Source: Octopus vulgaris (lineage: Eukaryota). Taken from it: a DNA stretch of 64,000 nt. This document shows, in pieces, positions 41,233 through 55,277 of this stretch. Made by a program: the position numbers and the translations under genes. The stretch is taken from positions 17,112,001 through 17,176,000 of the forward strand of contig OX597839.1 of NCBI GenBank assembly GCA_951406725.2. Direction: 5' to 3'. Under the pieces are notes generated by a model. That model was not told the origin of the DNA. It ran no database searches and saw nothing but the letters and a program-made list of their open reading frames with translations. How positions within the stretch are numbered: the first letter of the stretch is position 1; each line of letters begins with the position of its first letter.

Positions 41233-41539
41233 AATGCATAGTATATAATAATGTGAAGTATATTTTGCATATTAAAATGTTTAATTTTGGAAATGTATCA
41301 AGCAGAGCTAATGTAAGCAGTAAAAATACAAATTGCAAGTACTTCAAAATCTGGGACACTACATGACAAAAACTAACAAAAAAAATGGAAGAAAATAGTG
41401 GTGCTTGTGTTCCAAAGGTACAATGAGAAGGCTCAGGGAAGGATAGAGAGATGGGGTAGAGGGAAGGAAGTTAGAAGGAAAGAAAAGAATGAAAAGTGAA
41501 AAGATAAACTGGGGATCTGAAATGAGTACTAGGCAGGAG

Positions 41540-41710
41540 ATTGGCACGTAAAAAGAGCACCCACTACATTCTCAGAGTGGTTGGCATTAGGAAAGCTGTA
41601 GGAACACTGCCAGATCAGACTGGAGCCTGGTGCAGCTTCCTGGCTTCCCAGGCCCCAGTCGAACCATTCAACCTATGCCAGCGTGGAAAATGGACATTAA
41701 ACGATGATGT
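41540..41710 (+). mobile_element. RTE-tail repeat
   Basis: tggcacgtaaaaagagcaccc...gtggttggcattaggaa...ggacattaaacgatgatg. Confidence 0.8.
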
Positions 41711-41726
41711 CTTACCTATGCACTAG

Positions 41727-42770
41727 TCAAGCAGAAAAACGATGAGTGATAAAAAATTGGATTGTCTTACTGAGTGATGCTAGCACCCACTCAGCCTTTT
41801 TGACAATCTTAGATATGTGGTTTGTCCAATGCTGATTGTTGTTTACAATAATACCCAGATCATGTCCACTAGAAGACTTCTTGAGATTGGTGTTGCTGAG
41901 GGAGTATGTAAAGGCTGGATTTTTCCTCCCAAAATACATGGTGATACACTTGCCTACAGCTAGCTTGAGTTGCCGGTCAGAGGTCCACTGCTGCATTGTA
42001 TCCAGGTCTGATTGCAGGTTAGGATCTGTTCTTTTTATTTCAAGGTACAGCTTGGTGTCATCTGCATATTTCAGTTCTGAAACATTCCTCAAATTGGTAT
42101 CTATATCATTAATATATGCAACCAACAGTAAGGGTCCAAGAACAGATCTTTGTGGTACACCTGAAGTAATCTCGTAGGGTGAAGAACGATGTCCTAGAAC
42201 TGAAACTACATCTTTCCAGCCGAGAATGAAGGACTTCAGCCTGTTATAGAGATCATCCTTCACACTCACTGCAGGGAGTTTTACCATGAGTCGTTTGTGT
42301 GGTACAGAGTTGAAGGCTTTAGCAAAATCCCATGAGCTGCCATCAGGTGATGTCCTCAAGAAACTTGACTACAGCAGCAGGAGTTGGGGATAAAACCAAA
42401 TTGTGAGGGCTAAATAAGGCTGTGAGAGTACTAAAAGTTCCAGAGTGTTTCCCTGACACGGGACTCCATCAGTTTGGTGATGCAGCTAGTAAGGCTGACT
42501 GGACAGTAGTTGACAGGTGATGTGTGATCACCTGTTTTGAACAGGGGAATAACACTGGCAATTTTCCAGTGCTCTGAAGTGACACAGTTGTTAAGGCAGA
42601 ATTGACAAAAGGAAGAAAGCTGGTGCAATAGAAAGAACCCACCACGTTTGAGAAGAAAATAAATTACACCATCAAGACCAGGAGAGGCATAGTTGTGTTT
42701 ATTCTTGAGGTGGTGTCACAGCATTGTGGGTGTGAATTTCACAGATGTTATGGAATTTGATGTCAGAGTT
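41727..42770 (-). pseudogene. CR1-group LINE reverse transcriptase fragment (frameshifted)
   Basis: WKIASVIPLFKTGD...NYCPVSLTSC..KLME; DFAKAFNSVPH; SGVPQRSVLGPLL..YIND; YADDTKL; DLGIIV. Confidence 0.92.
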
Positions 42771-43209
42771 AGTGAAGAAAAGTATACATGGTATACATTA
42801 AAAGAAGGGAAGTATACATAGTATACGGCACTATGAAAAAAGGAATGGTAATTCACTTTTATTGCCTCAAGGGGAACAGTTGGATAACATTACTTTGGCA
42901 AATTACAGAGCAGAGCCTGTAAGGGTTTTGAATTCAGTACAAGAACATAAGCGGCAAAGAAACAGCGGTGCCCTAGCATGGCCGTAGTTGATTGGCTGGA
43001 ACCATTAAAAGTGTAAGAACTATGTCTAGCTACAATGAAGTGTCCAGTATTCTCTAGTCTCAATTAAGTCTGCTACCCTACATATTATTCAAATATTGAA
43101 CACTACTTTCTTGCAGTCTTTTTATTTATGAGTTCATTGCCGAGTTAAGAGATCAATATCCTTAATCTCTGCATAGACAGAGTGATCAATACACAGACAG
43201 GGAGATAGA

Positions 43210-43219
43210 TAAAGGAGTT

Positions 43220-43285
<66 letters not shown>

Positions 43286-43661
43286 CAGACAGGCCAGGAG
43301 GTAGATACAGAAAGATATACATATTTACAGAAGAAAAGATACATATACACACACACATATACACAAATATATGTGTACGTGTGTATGTATATGCATATAC
43401 ATATATATATATATATATAGATATATATATATGTACACATAAATATATAGATATATATGTGTATATATGTATACACATAAATACATTATATAGATGTATG
43501 TGTGTGTATACATACATACACATATATAAATATGTATGTATATATGTAGAATATATGTATATATATATGTGTGTGTATATATACATATATATTCATAAAT
43601 ATATATATATATGTATATATATATTCATATATATACATATATGTATATATATATACATATA

Positions 43662-43709
<48 letters not shown>

Positions 43710-43889
43710 TATATAATAACAGACACAAACACAAAAAAATTGCAAAAAAATTAATAGATTTATAGACTTATCTCATATGAGCAGTACCAAGATTATACAT
43801 ACATACATACATATATATTTATATTTATATATACACACACATACCAATATATATATATGTATACATATATTATATATATATATATTATA

Positions 43890-43933
<44 letters not shown>

Positions 43934-44060
43934 ATGCACTCATTATCATCTTTTGACATTTACTTATATATATACACACATATATAATGGGTATCCACAA
44001 GTAACCAATGAATATACATATATCTAAATACACACACACACACACACACACACAAATTTA
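43210..44060. repeat. (GA)n, (TA)n and (CA)n microsatellites
   Basis: Directly visible. Confidence 0.95.
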
Positions 44061-44470
44061 AATATTACGAAGCTTATCTGTGGGTGAAATAATACAATTC
44101 TTCAATGATTTTTACGTGTAGAAAGGGCAAGTGTCCTGATGGGCCAGCTTTCTTCCCCAATAGAAAGCAGACAGCATTCAGTAACTGTATTAAGCAGTCA
44201 TTAATTAAACTGGCACTGTAGTTGATAACTTCTGACTGTTATTAATTGATTAATTAATTAGATAATTAACGAATATATATTTTATGCACAATTCAATGTG
44301 AATTAGAAAATCTGAAATAAATTTGAATATTTAAAAACCCGGTTGCAGGTGTATTAAAAATGGAAATATATTCTTTCTATGCTTTTATGAGTGAAAAAAA
44401 GAGGCAAGATTCTCCTGAATTATGGATTGTTGACCACTGCTCAGAGATGACATACTCAAGTTACTTCCAG

Positions 44471-44790
44471 CATCATCATCATCATCATCGTTTAACGTCC
44501 GTTCCCCAGGCTTCCATGGGTTGGACGGTTCGACCGGGGATCTGGGAAGCCAGAAAGCTGCACACGGCTCCAGTCTGATCTGGCAGTGTTTCTACAGCTG
44601 GATGCCCTTCCTAATGCCAACCACTCCGTGAGTGTAGCGGGTGCTTTTTACATGCCACCGGCACAGGTTCCAGGCGAGGCTGGCAACTGCCACGATCGGA
44701 TTGGTGATTTTTATGTGCCACCGGCATGGAAGCCAGTCAAGGCGGCGCTGGCATCGGCCACGTTCGGATGGTGCTTTTTACGTGCCACCA
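44471..44790 (-). mobile_element. RTE 3' end with about 2.5 of the 60-bp UTR units
   Basis: (CAT)n-cgtttaacgtcc...ggatgcccttcctaatgccaacc...ggtgctttttacgtgccacc. Confidence 0.88.
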
Positions 44791-45094
44791 AAATATTCAG
44801 CTATTGGATTGTGAAATAAATTTGTTCATTCCTTTCCAATGTTATTTGAATTTACACAAAAAATATTTTTATCATAACTGAAATACATTTAAATATCACA
44901 AAGCCTTGCAGTGGGCAAAATAAAAATGTGAACACATTATTTCTTTGATTTTGAGGTCCAGAAAAAGAAAATGTAACATGTCTTCCGTTGAACTGTTTCA
45001 TGGTTTGTTAATCACGTTTTAGACAAGGCATACTTGGACTTCTTCCAAAATTCATAGAATAGAATATTCAGCTTCTATATACGGCAAGTAGAAA

Positions 45095-45458
45095 TGTCTG
45101 CCAGTCTGAGGAATTTGCTTCTGAACCACATGGTCTCAGGTTCAATATCACTGCATGGCATTTTGGGTAAGTGTCTTCTGCTATAGCCTTGGGCTGACCA
45201 AATCCTTATAAGTGGATCTGATCGATGGTAACTGAAAGAAGCCTGTTGCATATGTGTGTGTGTGTGTCTTTGTTTACCACTGTTTGACAACTGCGGTTGG
45301 TGTGTTTATGTCCCCATAACTTAATAGTTTAGCAAAAGTGATCCATAGAATAAGTACCAGGTTTAAAAAAAACAAAGAAAGTACTGGTGTTGATTCATTC
45401 AACTGAAGGCGGTGCTTCAGCATGGCCACAGTTTAACAACTGAAACAAATAAAAGAGA
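45095..45458 (+). mobile_element. SINE family B (diverged)
   Basis: Head, core and tail recognisable. Confidence 0.8.
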
Positions 45459-45614
45459 ATATATATATATATATATTTCTGCAATGGGGTGGACCTCCCT
45501 TCTGCTCCCCTCCAGCTACGCTAGTGTGCTGAGCCACTAAGCTATAGTGATATAATGAAACTTACAATCGTCAAGCAGTGGTGAGGGGCAACACTCACAC
45601 AAAGACACACACCT

Positions 45615-46253
45615 ATTTGTATGCATACATACATACACAGATGCACACATACATTCATACATACATACATATGTACATACATTCATACATACATACATTC
45701 ATACACACATACATGCATGCATACACACACATACATTCATTCAGTCATATGCATATACACACATATATATATATACATACATAGATACATACATACACAC
45801 ACATACATTCATTCATACATACACACATGCATGCATACATATATACATACATGCATACATTCATTCATAGAAACACACATATATACATACATACATACGT
45901 GCATACATACATACAAACATTCATACACACATTTATGTATGAATGTATGAATGTATGTATATATGTATCTATGTATGAATGCATGCATACATACCTACAT
46001 ACATTTATACATGCATGCATACATACATATGTACGTACATACATACATACATTCATATATACACGCATTCATACATATGTAGATACTTACATTCATACAT
46101 ACATTCATACATACATTCATACATACATATATACATACATACATGCATACATACATACATACATACATTCATACATTCGTACATACATACATTCATGCAT
46201 ACATTCATACATACATTCGTACATGCATGCATTCATACATGCATACATACATT

Positions 46254-46289
<36 letters not shown>

Positions 46290-46375
46290 CATTCATACAT
46301 ACATACATTCATACATACATACATACATACATACACACATACATACATACATACATACATACATACATACATACA

Positions 46376-46407
<32 letters not shown>

Positions 46408-46410
46408 AGT
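45615..46410. repeat. (TACA)n/(CATT)n microsatellite
   Basis: Directly visible. Confidence 0.95.
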
Positions 46411-46673
46411 GACTGATAAAATAAGTATCAGGCTTAAACGAAAAATTCGTAGTGGAGTCAATTCATTTGACTAAAAACTTTTTCTTCAAGTTCGTGCTAC
46501 AGCATGGCCGCAATCTAATGACTGAAACAAGTAAAAAATAAAAGCTGTGATCCAAATTTAATGGAAAAATACTCTGCAGACTGCGGCAGTCAATAAAATG
46601 GTAATAAATTTCAAAATTTATTCTGTCTGTATGTCTCAGTATCAAATGATGCATGACCCCCGTGGTTCTGGAT

Positions 46674-47040
46674 CAGTGGCGTATGGAATTTTTCGTATTG
46701 GGTGTGCAGCAACACCCAATGCCACCAAATTTCAAGCAGGGATCAACCAAATCTACAAGTGGCCTACCAACCACGACCAACCCCAACATTTTTTGTGTAT
46801 AAATGTTAACTCTGATACACATGGTACATTGACTCTTTCTAGCCTTCTTTTATTTAAGGCATCAAGGTTTGACTAGAAGGGAGATTTAGCTGCTATTTCT
46901 AACATATCAGGTGACCGCATAGGGCTCCCTGACTGGTTCTGATTAAGTTAATGAGTAAGGTTAATATTTATAATGAATGAATTTGCCATTTTCGATAGGT
47001 GTGCAGCACACACCTAGCACACCCGGAGCATACGTCCCTG
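46674..47040. mobile_element. PIF/Harbinger-like MITE
   Basis: Termini cagtggcgtatg / catacgtccctg; subterminal ggtgtgcagca(a)cacc at both ends. Confidence 0.55.
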
Positions 47041-47159
47041 TTCTGGACCCCTACATTAGACAAATACATGACGGTCACGGTTGGAACAACTTTGATCATA
47101 ACTCTACCCGACGGAAAAAAGAAAAAAAAAATGAAAATTAATGTATATAAAAAAAAAAT

Positions 47160-47345
47160 TATACGGAGTTTCGTATCGAACTCGCAGCATGCGACTCAAA
47201 AGAAAATTTCTAGCAGACTGGATTTGCTGATTGTTCATAATTTGCTACGTGGCCTTTCATTGGTTAAAGTTTAGCTGCTATGGTAACAAGTTCCGTTAGT
47301 GATGCTTGTTTGGTGATTGCAGCGGGGATGCGAAGATAACGCAAT
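47160..47345. promoter_or_regulatory. candidate Pol II promoter: CpG-retaining, inverted CCAAT box, RFX X-box
   Basis: Non-repeat DNA with locally high CpG; attgg 47259-47263; ctacgtgg; GCTGCTATGGTAAC 47274-47287. Confidence 0.45.
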
Positions 47346-48967
47346 TAAGCTAACACATACGTATTATATGAGATACGCATGCATATGTAATATAGTTGAT
47401 ATGTGAACATATATACATATATATATATATGTATGTATGTATACACATAGATATAGTTACAGACATACACACACACATAAGCACCATTCGCATGTGTAAA
47501 TGACGTTTGTTGCTATTTCTACTGGTTCCATTTCTTCGCTGTCGTGTCGCTAAGAGTTGAGAATGGAGTGAAGAAATTAAGACTGGGAGTCCGTCATATA
47601 CATACATAAATATACATACATACGTACATATATAATATACATACATACGTATACGTACATATACATATACACACTATATATACTTATATATATATATATA
47701 CACATATACTCTCTCCCTCCCTCTGTCTCTCTCTTTCAGACGTATACACACATAGAATTACGAATGCGTATACGTGTGGACATAGATACGTAAGAACATA
47801 CAAGCACTCCTATGAATATCATTTACACAAACCTACGAAAACATTTTACACAGAAAACTGTCTGAAAGTACTTTGTTATGATTTGAAAGTCAACAATAAA
47901 AATAAATAAATAAATGAATAACTGCTTGGAGAAAGAAAGACACAAATACTTTGTGTTGTTGTTTTAAGGACGACGAAATAATAGAAAACGAAAGAAAAAG
48001 CAGAAGAGAGAAGCAGAAGCGAAGTGTGGTGATGGCGGGGAAAGGAAAAAGAAACTAGAAAGAAAAAATCGAGAAAAAAGTAACAGAAAGACAGACAGAA
48101 AGGATCTCACGACAGAAAGTAATGATTATAAGAAAGGATATAAAAATGAATATAAGTAATAGAAACAGAGAGAAAGAAAACAGAAATAAACATATAAATG
48201 AATAAAACAGAGCAATGATGGGAAGAAGGAATGAATTAAAAAGTAAAGGAATAAAATAAGAAAAGAAAGAACTTAGAAAATGCACATTCGTTAGCTTAGT
48301 TGATACTATGGATGCGCAGAAGTGATTTAATATTATCAATCTTCTTGCTTTTACTAACGAATGATTGGTTAGTGCAGTTGATATTACGGATGCACAGAAG
48401 TGAAAACATTATTACTTGTCTTTAATTTAATTTTTTTTCCTCAATATCTTGGATTTTTATTTGTTTCTGTGAAAATATTTTTTAAAAGTGGGTACTTAAC
48501 AGGTGGGTGTTTACTGTTTCATACCCAACTTGAATAAGGTTGTTCTTTTGGATATGAGTTTTGTAATTGTTTTGGTTTTGGAAAAATTGCAATTCTTGTT
48601 ATTGAAAAAAGAAAAAAGAAAAAAAATCACCAAATCAAAATTTAATGTCAACTAAATTGGATGACTTGAAAATAATTACCCACCAAAATATAGAAAGAAA
48701 AAGTGTAAGGGACCGTTACAATGCAGAAAACCCAAAGACACCAGCCTAATCTAGTAAGTTCATGTTTGCTTGTTTTATTCATTTATTATTCTACACATAG
48801 AACCATATATACACACATAAACACAATGTATGTATATGTGTATATGTACAATCATGTACATGTGTATGATGTATGTGTACATATAGGTATAGATGTTTGT
48901 ATAAATATACAGACATTCACTCACACATATATGTTTGTGTATGTATATATATATATATGTATATATA

Positions 48968-49017
<50 letters not shown>

Positions 49018-49021
<4 letters not shown>

Positions 49022-49081
49022 AAATTTAGAGGAATGACCACTAAGTGAACAGCCTTAGTGGTCATTCCTCTAAATTTTGTA
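49018..49081. repeat. 28-bp perfect inverted repeat with 8-nt loop
   Basis: tacaaaatttagaggaatgaccactaag-tgaacagc-cttagtggtcattcctctaaattttgta. Confidence 0.92.
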
Positions 49082-49371
49082 TGTATAAAATTTTTAATCT
49101 TCGGATTTTTAAAAAATATGCTAGGCCACTGGTTTTAATTGATTAATATCGATTTCTACCCTTATTTAATTCTATTTATATATATATTTTAGAGCCTGGT
49201 GCAGCCATCTGTTTGCCAGCCCTCAGTCAAAACCGTCCAACCCATGCTAGCATGGAAAACGGACGTTAAATGATGATGATGATGATGATGATATATATGT
49301 ATAATATGAATGAGAAAAAAGATGGAGAAATTAACGTATAGACATCAGTTTATTCAAAAGATATCCAAATC

Positions 49372-49403
<32 letters not shown>

Positions 49404-49422
49404 ATACACATGCACAGTCATT

Positions 49423-49574
49423 CAGGGCCGTTTTGGCAGCATCGTTGACCCTCGGGAAAATCAAAGCACTGGTGCCTATAATATTTACTGACAGCAGGGA
49501 ACAACTTAGATTAGAATTGGGCCCTCTGACCTGAGAGAGCCCCCGGGCAGTGTGCTCATGCCCTAAGACTGCAC
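49423..49574. mobile_element. Harbinger-like MITE (diverged)
   Basis: cagggccgtttt ... gggccc ... gccccgggcagtgtgc...ccctaagactgcac. Confidence 0.5.
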
Positions 49575-50279
49575 ATATATAAACATACATACATTGCCGT
49601 ATATATGTGCCTGTGTATGTACATACTTATATATATGTATATATATATATATATATATTTACACACACACACACACACATATGCATGTTTCCAAACACTC
49701 AAAAATACATGTCATTTCCCCTTTAGGTCTTGGTCAACCAAATCTGTAACAAACGGCGTACCAATCGCGACCACCTCCAACTTTTTGTGTGTATAAGAGT
49801 CCACTCTTATACACATGATACACAGACTCTTCCTAGCCTTTGTTTTTTTTTCTTTTTTCGATTTAAAGCATTGTTTTTTTTTCCTTTTTCTTTGACTAGA
49901 AGGGAGATTTAGCTACTATTTCTAACATATCAGGCAATCGCATAGTGGCTCCCTCATTAGTTCCTACGAAATTTATATTGGTTGTTAGGCACCCAGAAAA
50001 TTCCTGGTCGGGTTGATATTATCATCAGACTTCCGAGTTGAGACCATCCTGTTTGTTTTGGTATATATCTAATAATGCATTTCATCCTTTCTATTTACAA
50101 GACGTAGAATGTCATTGAAGGACAATTTGGCTGCTATTTCATTGAAATTCAGTAACCGTGTAGAGGGCCCTTTGTTAATTCGTACAGATGTTTTGTATGT
50201 ATGTGCGTAGATGTGTGAGTATCTATGTGTGTACATATGTGTATGTAGATGTCAGTATGTATGTGTGTGTGTGCGCGCG

Positions 50280-50312
<33 letters not shown>

Positions 50313-50514
50313 GCTCGTGTGTGTGTGTTTATTTATAACTGTGTTTCTCACCATCTCCATCATTTAACTAGTTTTGTCTCTCCATTATTCTATCCATTAA
50401 TGTTTTGTATGTTTTGCTGGCCAATAACACGTCTGTCTGTCGTCTGTCTATATAGTTAGTCTATTGTCTGCTTATACAGTTCGGCCAGTGTCTGTCTATA
50501 TATAGTTAGTGCCG

Positions 50515-50524
50515 TGTCTGTCTG

Positions 50525-50599
<75 letters not shown>

Positions 50600-50704
50600 G
50601 TCTGTCTATTTATCTGTCTATCTGTCTGTCTGTCTATTTATCTATCTATATATCCGTCTGTCTATCTATCTGTCTGTCTATTTATCTATCTATCTATCCG
50701 TCTG

Positions 50705-50782
<78 letters not shown>

Positions 50783-50824
50783 GTTCGTGCAGCGTTTGTT
50801 TATCACTATACGTGTTTGACTTCG

Positions 50825-50890
<66 letters not shown>

Positions 50891-50901
50891 TCTCTCTCTA
50901 A

Positions 50902-50932
<31 letters not shown>

Positions 50933-50950
50933 GTGCTCTCTCTCTCTCTC

Positions 50951-50988
<38 letters not shown>

Positions 50989-51046
50989 GTGCTCTCTCTC
51001 TCTCTCTAAATATATATATATATATATATAATTAGTGCTCTCTCTC

Positions 51047-51080
<34 letters not shown>
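50515..51080. repeat. (TATC/TGTC)n followed by higher-order (TA)n-atttgtgc-(TC)n-taaa repeat
   Basis: Directly visible; about 4 composite units at 50828-51080. Confidence 0.9.
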
Positions 51081-51085
<5 letters not shown>

Positions 51086-51474
51086 GTTAGTGAAGTGTTT
51101 GTCTGTCAGTCTATAGACATAGTCCAGTGCCTGTCTATACCGTGACGTTAGTTAGTATTGATGTAGATAGTCCAGTATCTGTCTGTCTATATAGTTGCGT
51201 TAGAGTTAGCCCAGGATCTGTCGGTCTGTCTCCCTGTCTATATACTTAGTCCGCTGTCTGTCTTATAGCTGTTATTTATAGTTTCGTTAGTGTGTGTATA
51301 GATAATCTCGTATCAGTCTGTCTTTCTATCTATAAAGATAGTCCACTGTCTGTATAGTTATGTCAGAGTCTGTATGGATAACTCAGTATCTGTCTGTACG
51401 GATAGTCCAGTGTCTGTCTATCGGTCTATGTATTGGGTTGTCAGGTAAATTTGTTCGTTCTTTTCTACTTCGCT

Positions 51475-51513
<39 letters not shown>

Positions 51514-52251
51514 CAATACCGTCGTTGTCATCTTGATCATCCTCAACGTCGTCGTCGTCATCATCATCATCATATGTATTCAAATTTCAAAAAACGATAA
51601 ACAAAAGTTGTAGAGGAAGAATAGAACTACAAAAAAATGAAATTTCACTACTATAAAAAATATTCTTTATGTTTATTGATTCAAATAACTTTGGAAAAAA
51701 TGAAAAGAAACGAACGGGGTAAGGGGTGGGGGTGATGGAAATAAAGCGAACGAATTTATCTGACAAATCATTAATAGATATACTAGTGTCTGTCTGTCTA
51801 TTTATTTATTTATTTGTTTATTTATGTCAGGGTTTGTCTGTTTGGATTAGCAAAATCGTTGGAGTGTCGGACAAAATACTTTGCTGAATGTATTTGTTCT
51901 GGATTTTCTTTACGTTTCTGAGTTCAAATTCCTCCGAAGACAACTTTGCTTATCATCATCCTTCACGGGGGTAGATAAAAAAAAAGTACTAATCAAGTAC
52001 GTGGGTTCAATGTAGTCAACTATTACAGCCCCCCCCCCGCTTCTTGCTATAAGTTTCTATCTTTCTGTCTACGTTATAAGCAATATAGACCAGTGTCTAT
52101 CTGTTTATATAGTTATGTCTTTATCGAACTCTAGTTTTATCAACGTGTGTCTGTCTATTTAATTATCCCGGTGTCTCTTTCTAAATAGTTATACCTTGTC
52201 TCAATGTTATTTGCCTATGATCAGTAATTGTCTGGTCTATATTGTTAATCT

Positions 52252-52680
52252 GGAATCTTTTCGGTTTGAACGGCAGTTTTTAAAATAATTTCTAGGTAGC
52301 TAAAAAATTTTAAACTTCGTATACTGGTAGAATGTGTTTATAAAACATCTTTTACTCTTGGCTTTATTGAGAAAATTCTATGGTTTGTAAGATATTTGTT
52401 GTTTTTTATTTTTCAATTTCTGCAATTTCAACCAATCAATGACGTCCATTGAGGTAAAAAAAAAACATTCTGTGCTGTATGAATATGTCCCTCGTTTAAG
52501 AAACAGATTGGGTTTATTTACATTTGTGAAGAAAAAAAGATACCCTTCCCCCTACCCCTAACTAACCCTAACCCTAAAACAGATTGAAATGCAATAGATC
52601 GATACTAGGGTCATAATTATGGGTGACAATTTCATATGACACTGCTAGAAAAAAACTGCCGTTCAAACCAAAAGAGATCC
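52252..52680. mobile_element. non-autonomous DNA transposon with 30-bp TIRs, 7-8-bp TSD and internal (CCCTAA)n
   Basis: ggaatcttttcggtttgaacggcagttttt / aaaaactgccgttcaaaccaaaagagatcc; TSD ttaatct(g) both sides. Confidence 0.88.
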
Positions 52681-52824
52681 TTAATCTGATATATATGATT
52701 AGTCTGGTTTTTATAGTTATTCTGATCTATATCATTAGTGGTCCTTATAGTTAGTCTGGTTTATATAGTTAAATGGGTCTATATAGTTTGTTTGGTATAT
52801 GTAGTTAACCAGGTCTATATATAT

Positions 52825-52984
52825 TTCTTTACTACCCACAAGGGGATAGAAACACAGAGGGGAAAAACAAGGGCAGACAAAGGGATTAAGTCGATTACAT
52901 CGACCCCAGTGCGTAACTGGTACTTAATTTATCGAGGATGAAAGGCAAAGTCGACCTCGGCAGAATTCGACTTTGCCTTTCATC
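52825..52984 (-). mobile_element. SINE family A, truncated with terminal inversion
   Basis: gatgaaaggcaaagtcga (52937-54) / tcgactttgcctttcatc (52967-84). Confidence 0.85.
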
Positions 52985-53289
52985 ATATAGTTAATCTGAT
53001 CCATACACTTAAGTCGGTGTCTATCTCTGCACAGTTATATTCATGTCTGTCTGTATTATGCAGTTACATAAATATTTGACCGTTGTCTATATAGTTATTA
53101 CTAGGGTATATAAAGTTATTTGTCAGTCGTCAGTTATAGAGTATTTCCCCTATATGTGTGTTTATGCAGATATTTCTGTGCTTGTTAATATATCTAATTA
53201 ACACTCTAGCTTGCTATCTTGTTAACTGATGCTAGTATATTTTTTTATTGAATTACTACTGAATATTTTAGAAGACAACAAGTTTATTG

Positions 53290-53540
53290 TTCGTGTAGTA
53301 AGCTACGAAATTCTTAGATTTTCTTGATTCCTGTAATTGAGATTGCTTCAGGGTTTCAGCAGTCAAAATGGAAAAGGTATTGTCCCAGAGGATGGCAAGG
53401 GAAATGCTGGAAAGCCACTCTGACTCAAGGGGCTCGCACTTGTGGATAGCCATCTCTGCTCCGAGAGCAGTGAGCAGGTATATGGTCTGAGTGCTGAGAA
53501 TGCTGGAGGCCTCCACTGCCACAGAATTCACCCTAAACAA
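53290..53540 (-). mobile_element. CRE/HERO-like RLE retrotransposon C-terminal fragment
   Basis: SVAVEASSILS...LLTALG.EMA....EPLESEWL..ISLAILWDNTFSIL matches the PVAVET.G...LG......EPRE..WL.QRISLAI.RGNA.SIL pattern. Confidence 0.7.
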
Positions 53541-53884
53541 TGTCTATCTAGTTATTCTGCTATCAATCTACTTAGCTACATCAATATCTACCTAAATATG
53601 CCACTGTATATCTGTCTATCCAGTTATTTTGTGCAACTTGTTATTCTATTGTGTTATTGAAGTATACACACAGGCATGCACACACACATTAATTAATTGA
53701 GAGTCAGTCACTTGCTACTCTGAGTTTCATCTGTGGGTGCACAACATCTTCAGACAAATTATGACTTGTAAGTTGCCTACTGGTGAAACTTAGAGCAGTA
53801 TGAGACTGACTCAACCAAAATTTTAAATATTAGTCTCTAAGATGTTATCATGTACTCTTTCTTCCAACAGTCAGCACTTAACAG

Positions 53885-54950
<1,066 letters not shown>

Positions 54951-55273
54951 TGATAAAAATGGTAAGACAACAAAAGAAAGAAAGAGACCTCAATATTATG
55001 TAAATAGAGGAATTTATCTGTAAATGTAATATGTGACAATTATTTGGTAGCCATGATATAACTCCGAGTTTCGGATGCCGGGGTGGAAATCTACGCCACC
55101 ATCTCTTCAGTTATCCAGCCATCAGAAAAAATGCTATGAAAAATCATAGTATTTTCTCCGATGGTCGAATAACTGAAGAGATGGTGGCGTGGATTTCCAC
55201 CCCGGCATCCGAAACTCGGAGTTATATCATGGCTACCAAATAATTGTCACATATTACATTTACAGATAAATTC
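54951..55273. mobile_element. palindromic Penelope-like insertion with HHR-like motif in each arm
   Basis: Arms 55010-55139 and 55144-55273 with 4-nt loop; CUGAAGA (55173-79)...CGAAA-CUCGGAGU; tail copy repeated at about 55868-55900. Confidence 0.7.
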
Positions 55274-55277
55274 TATA

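Noticed and set aside
40602-45527. Harbinger-like half-termini at about 40602 and 45500 as one element split by nesting
   Set aside because: Termini too degenerate and no TSD match to link them
52549-52577. Interstitial telomere or fusion scar
   Set aside because: Only a few degenerate units, internal to a TIR element
53360-53490. Plus-strand exon-like segment (ATG...CAG|gtatat)
   Set aside because: Better explained by the minus-strand CRE-like retrotransposon peptide
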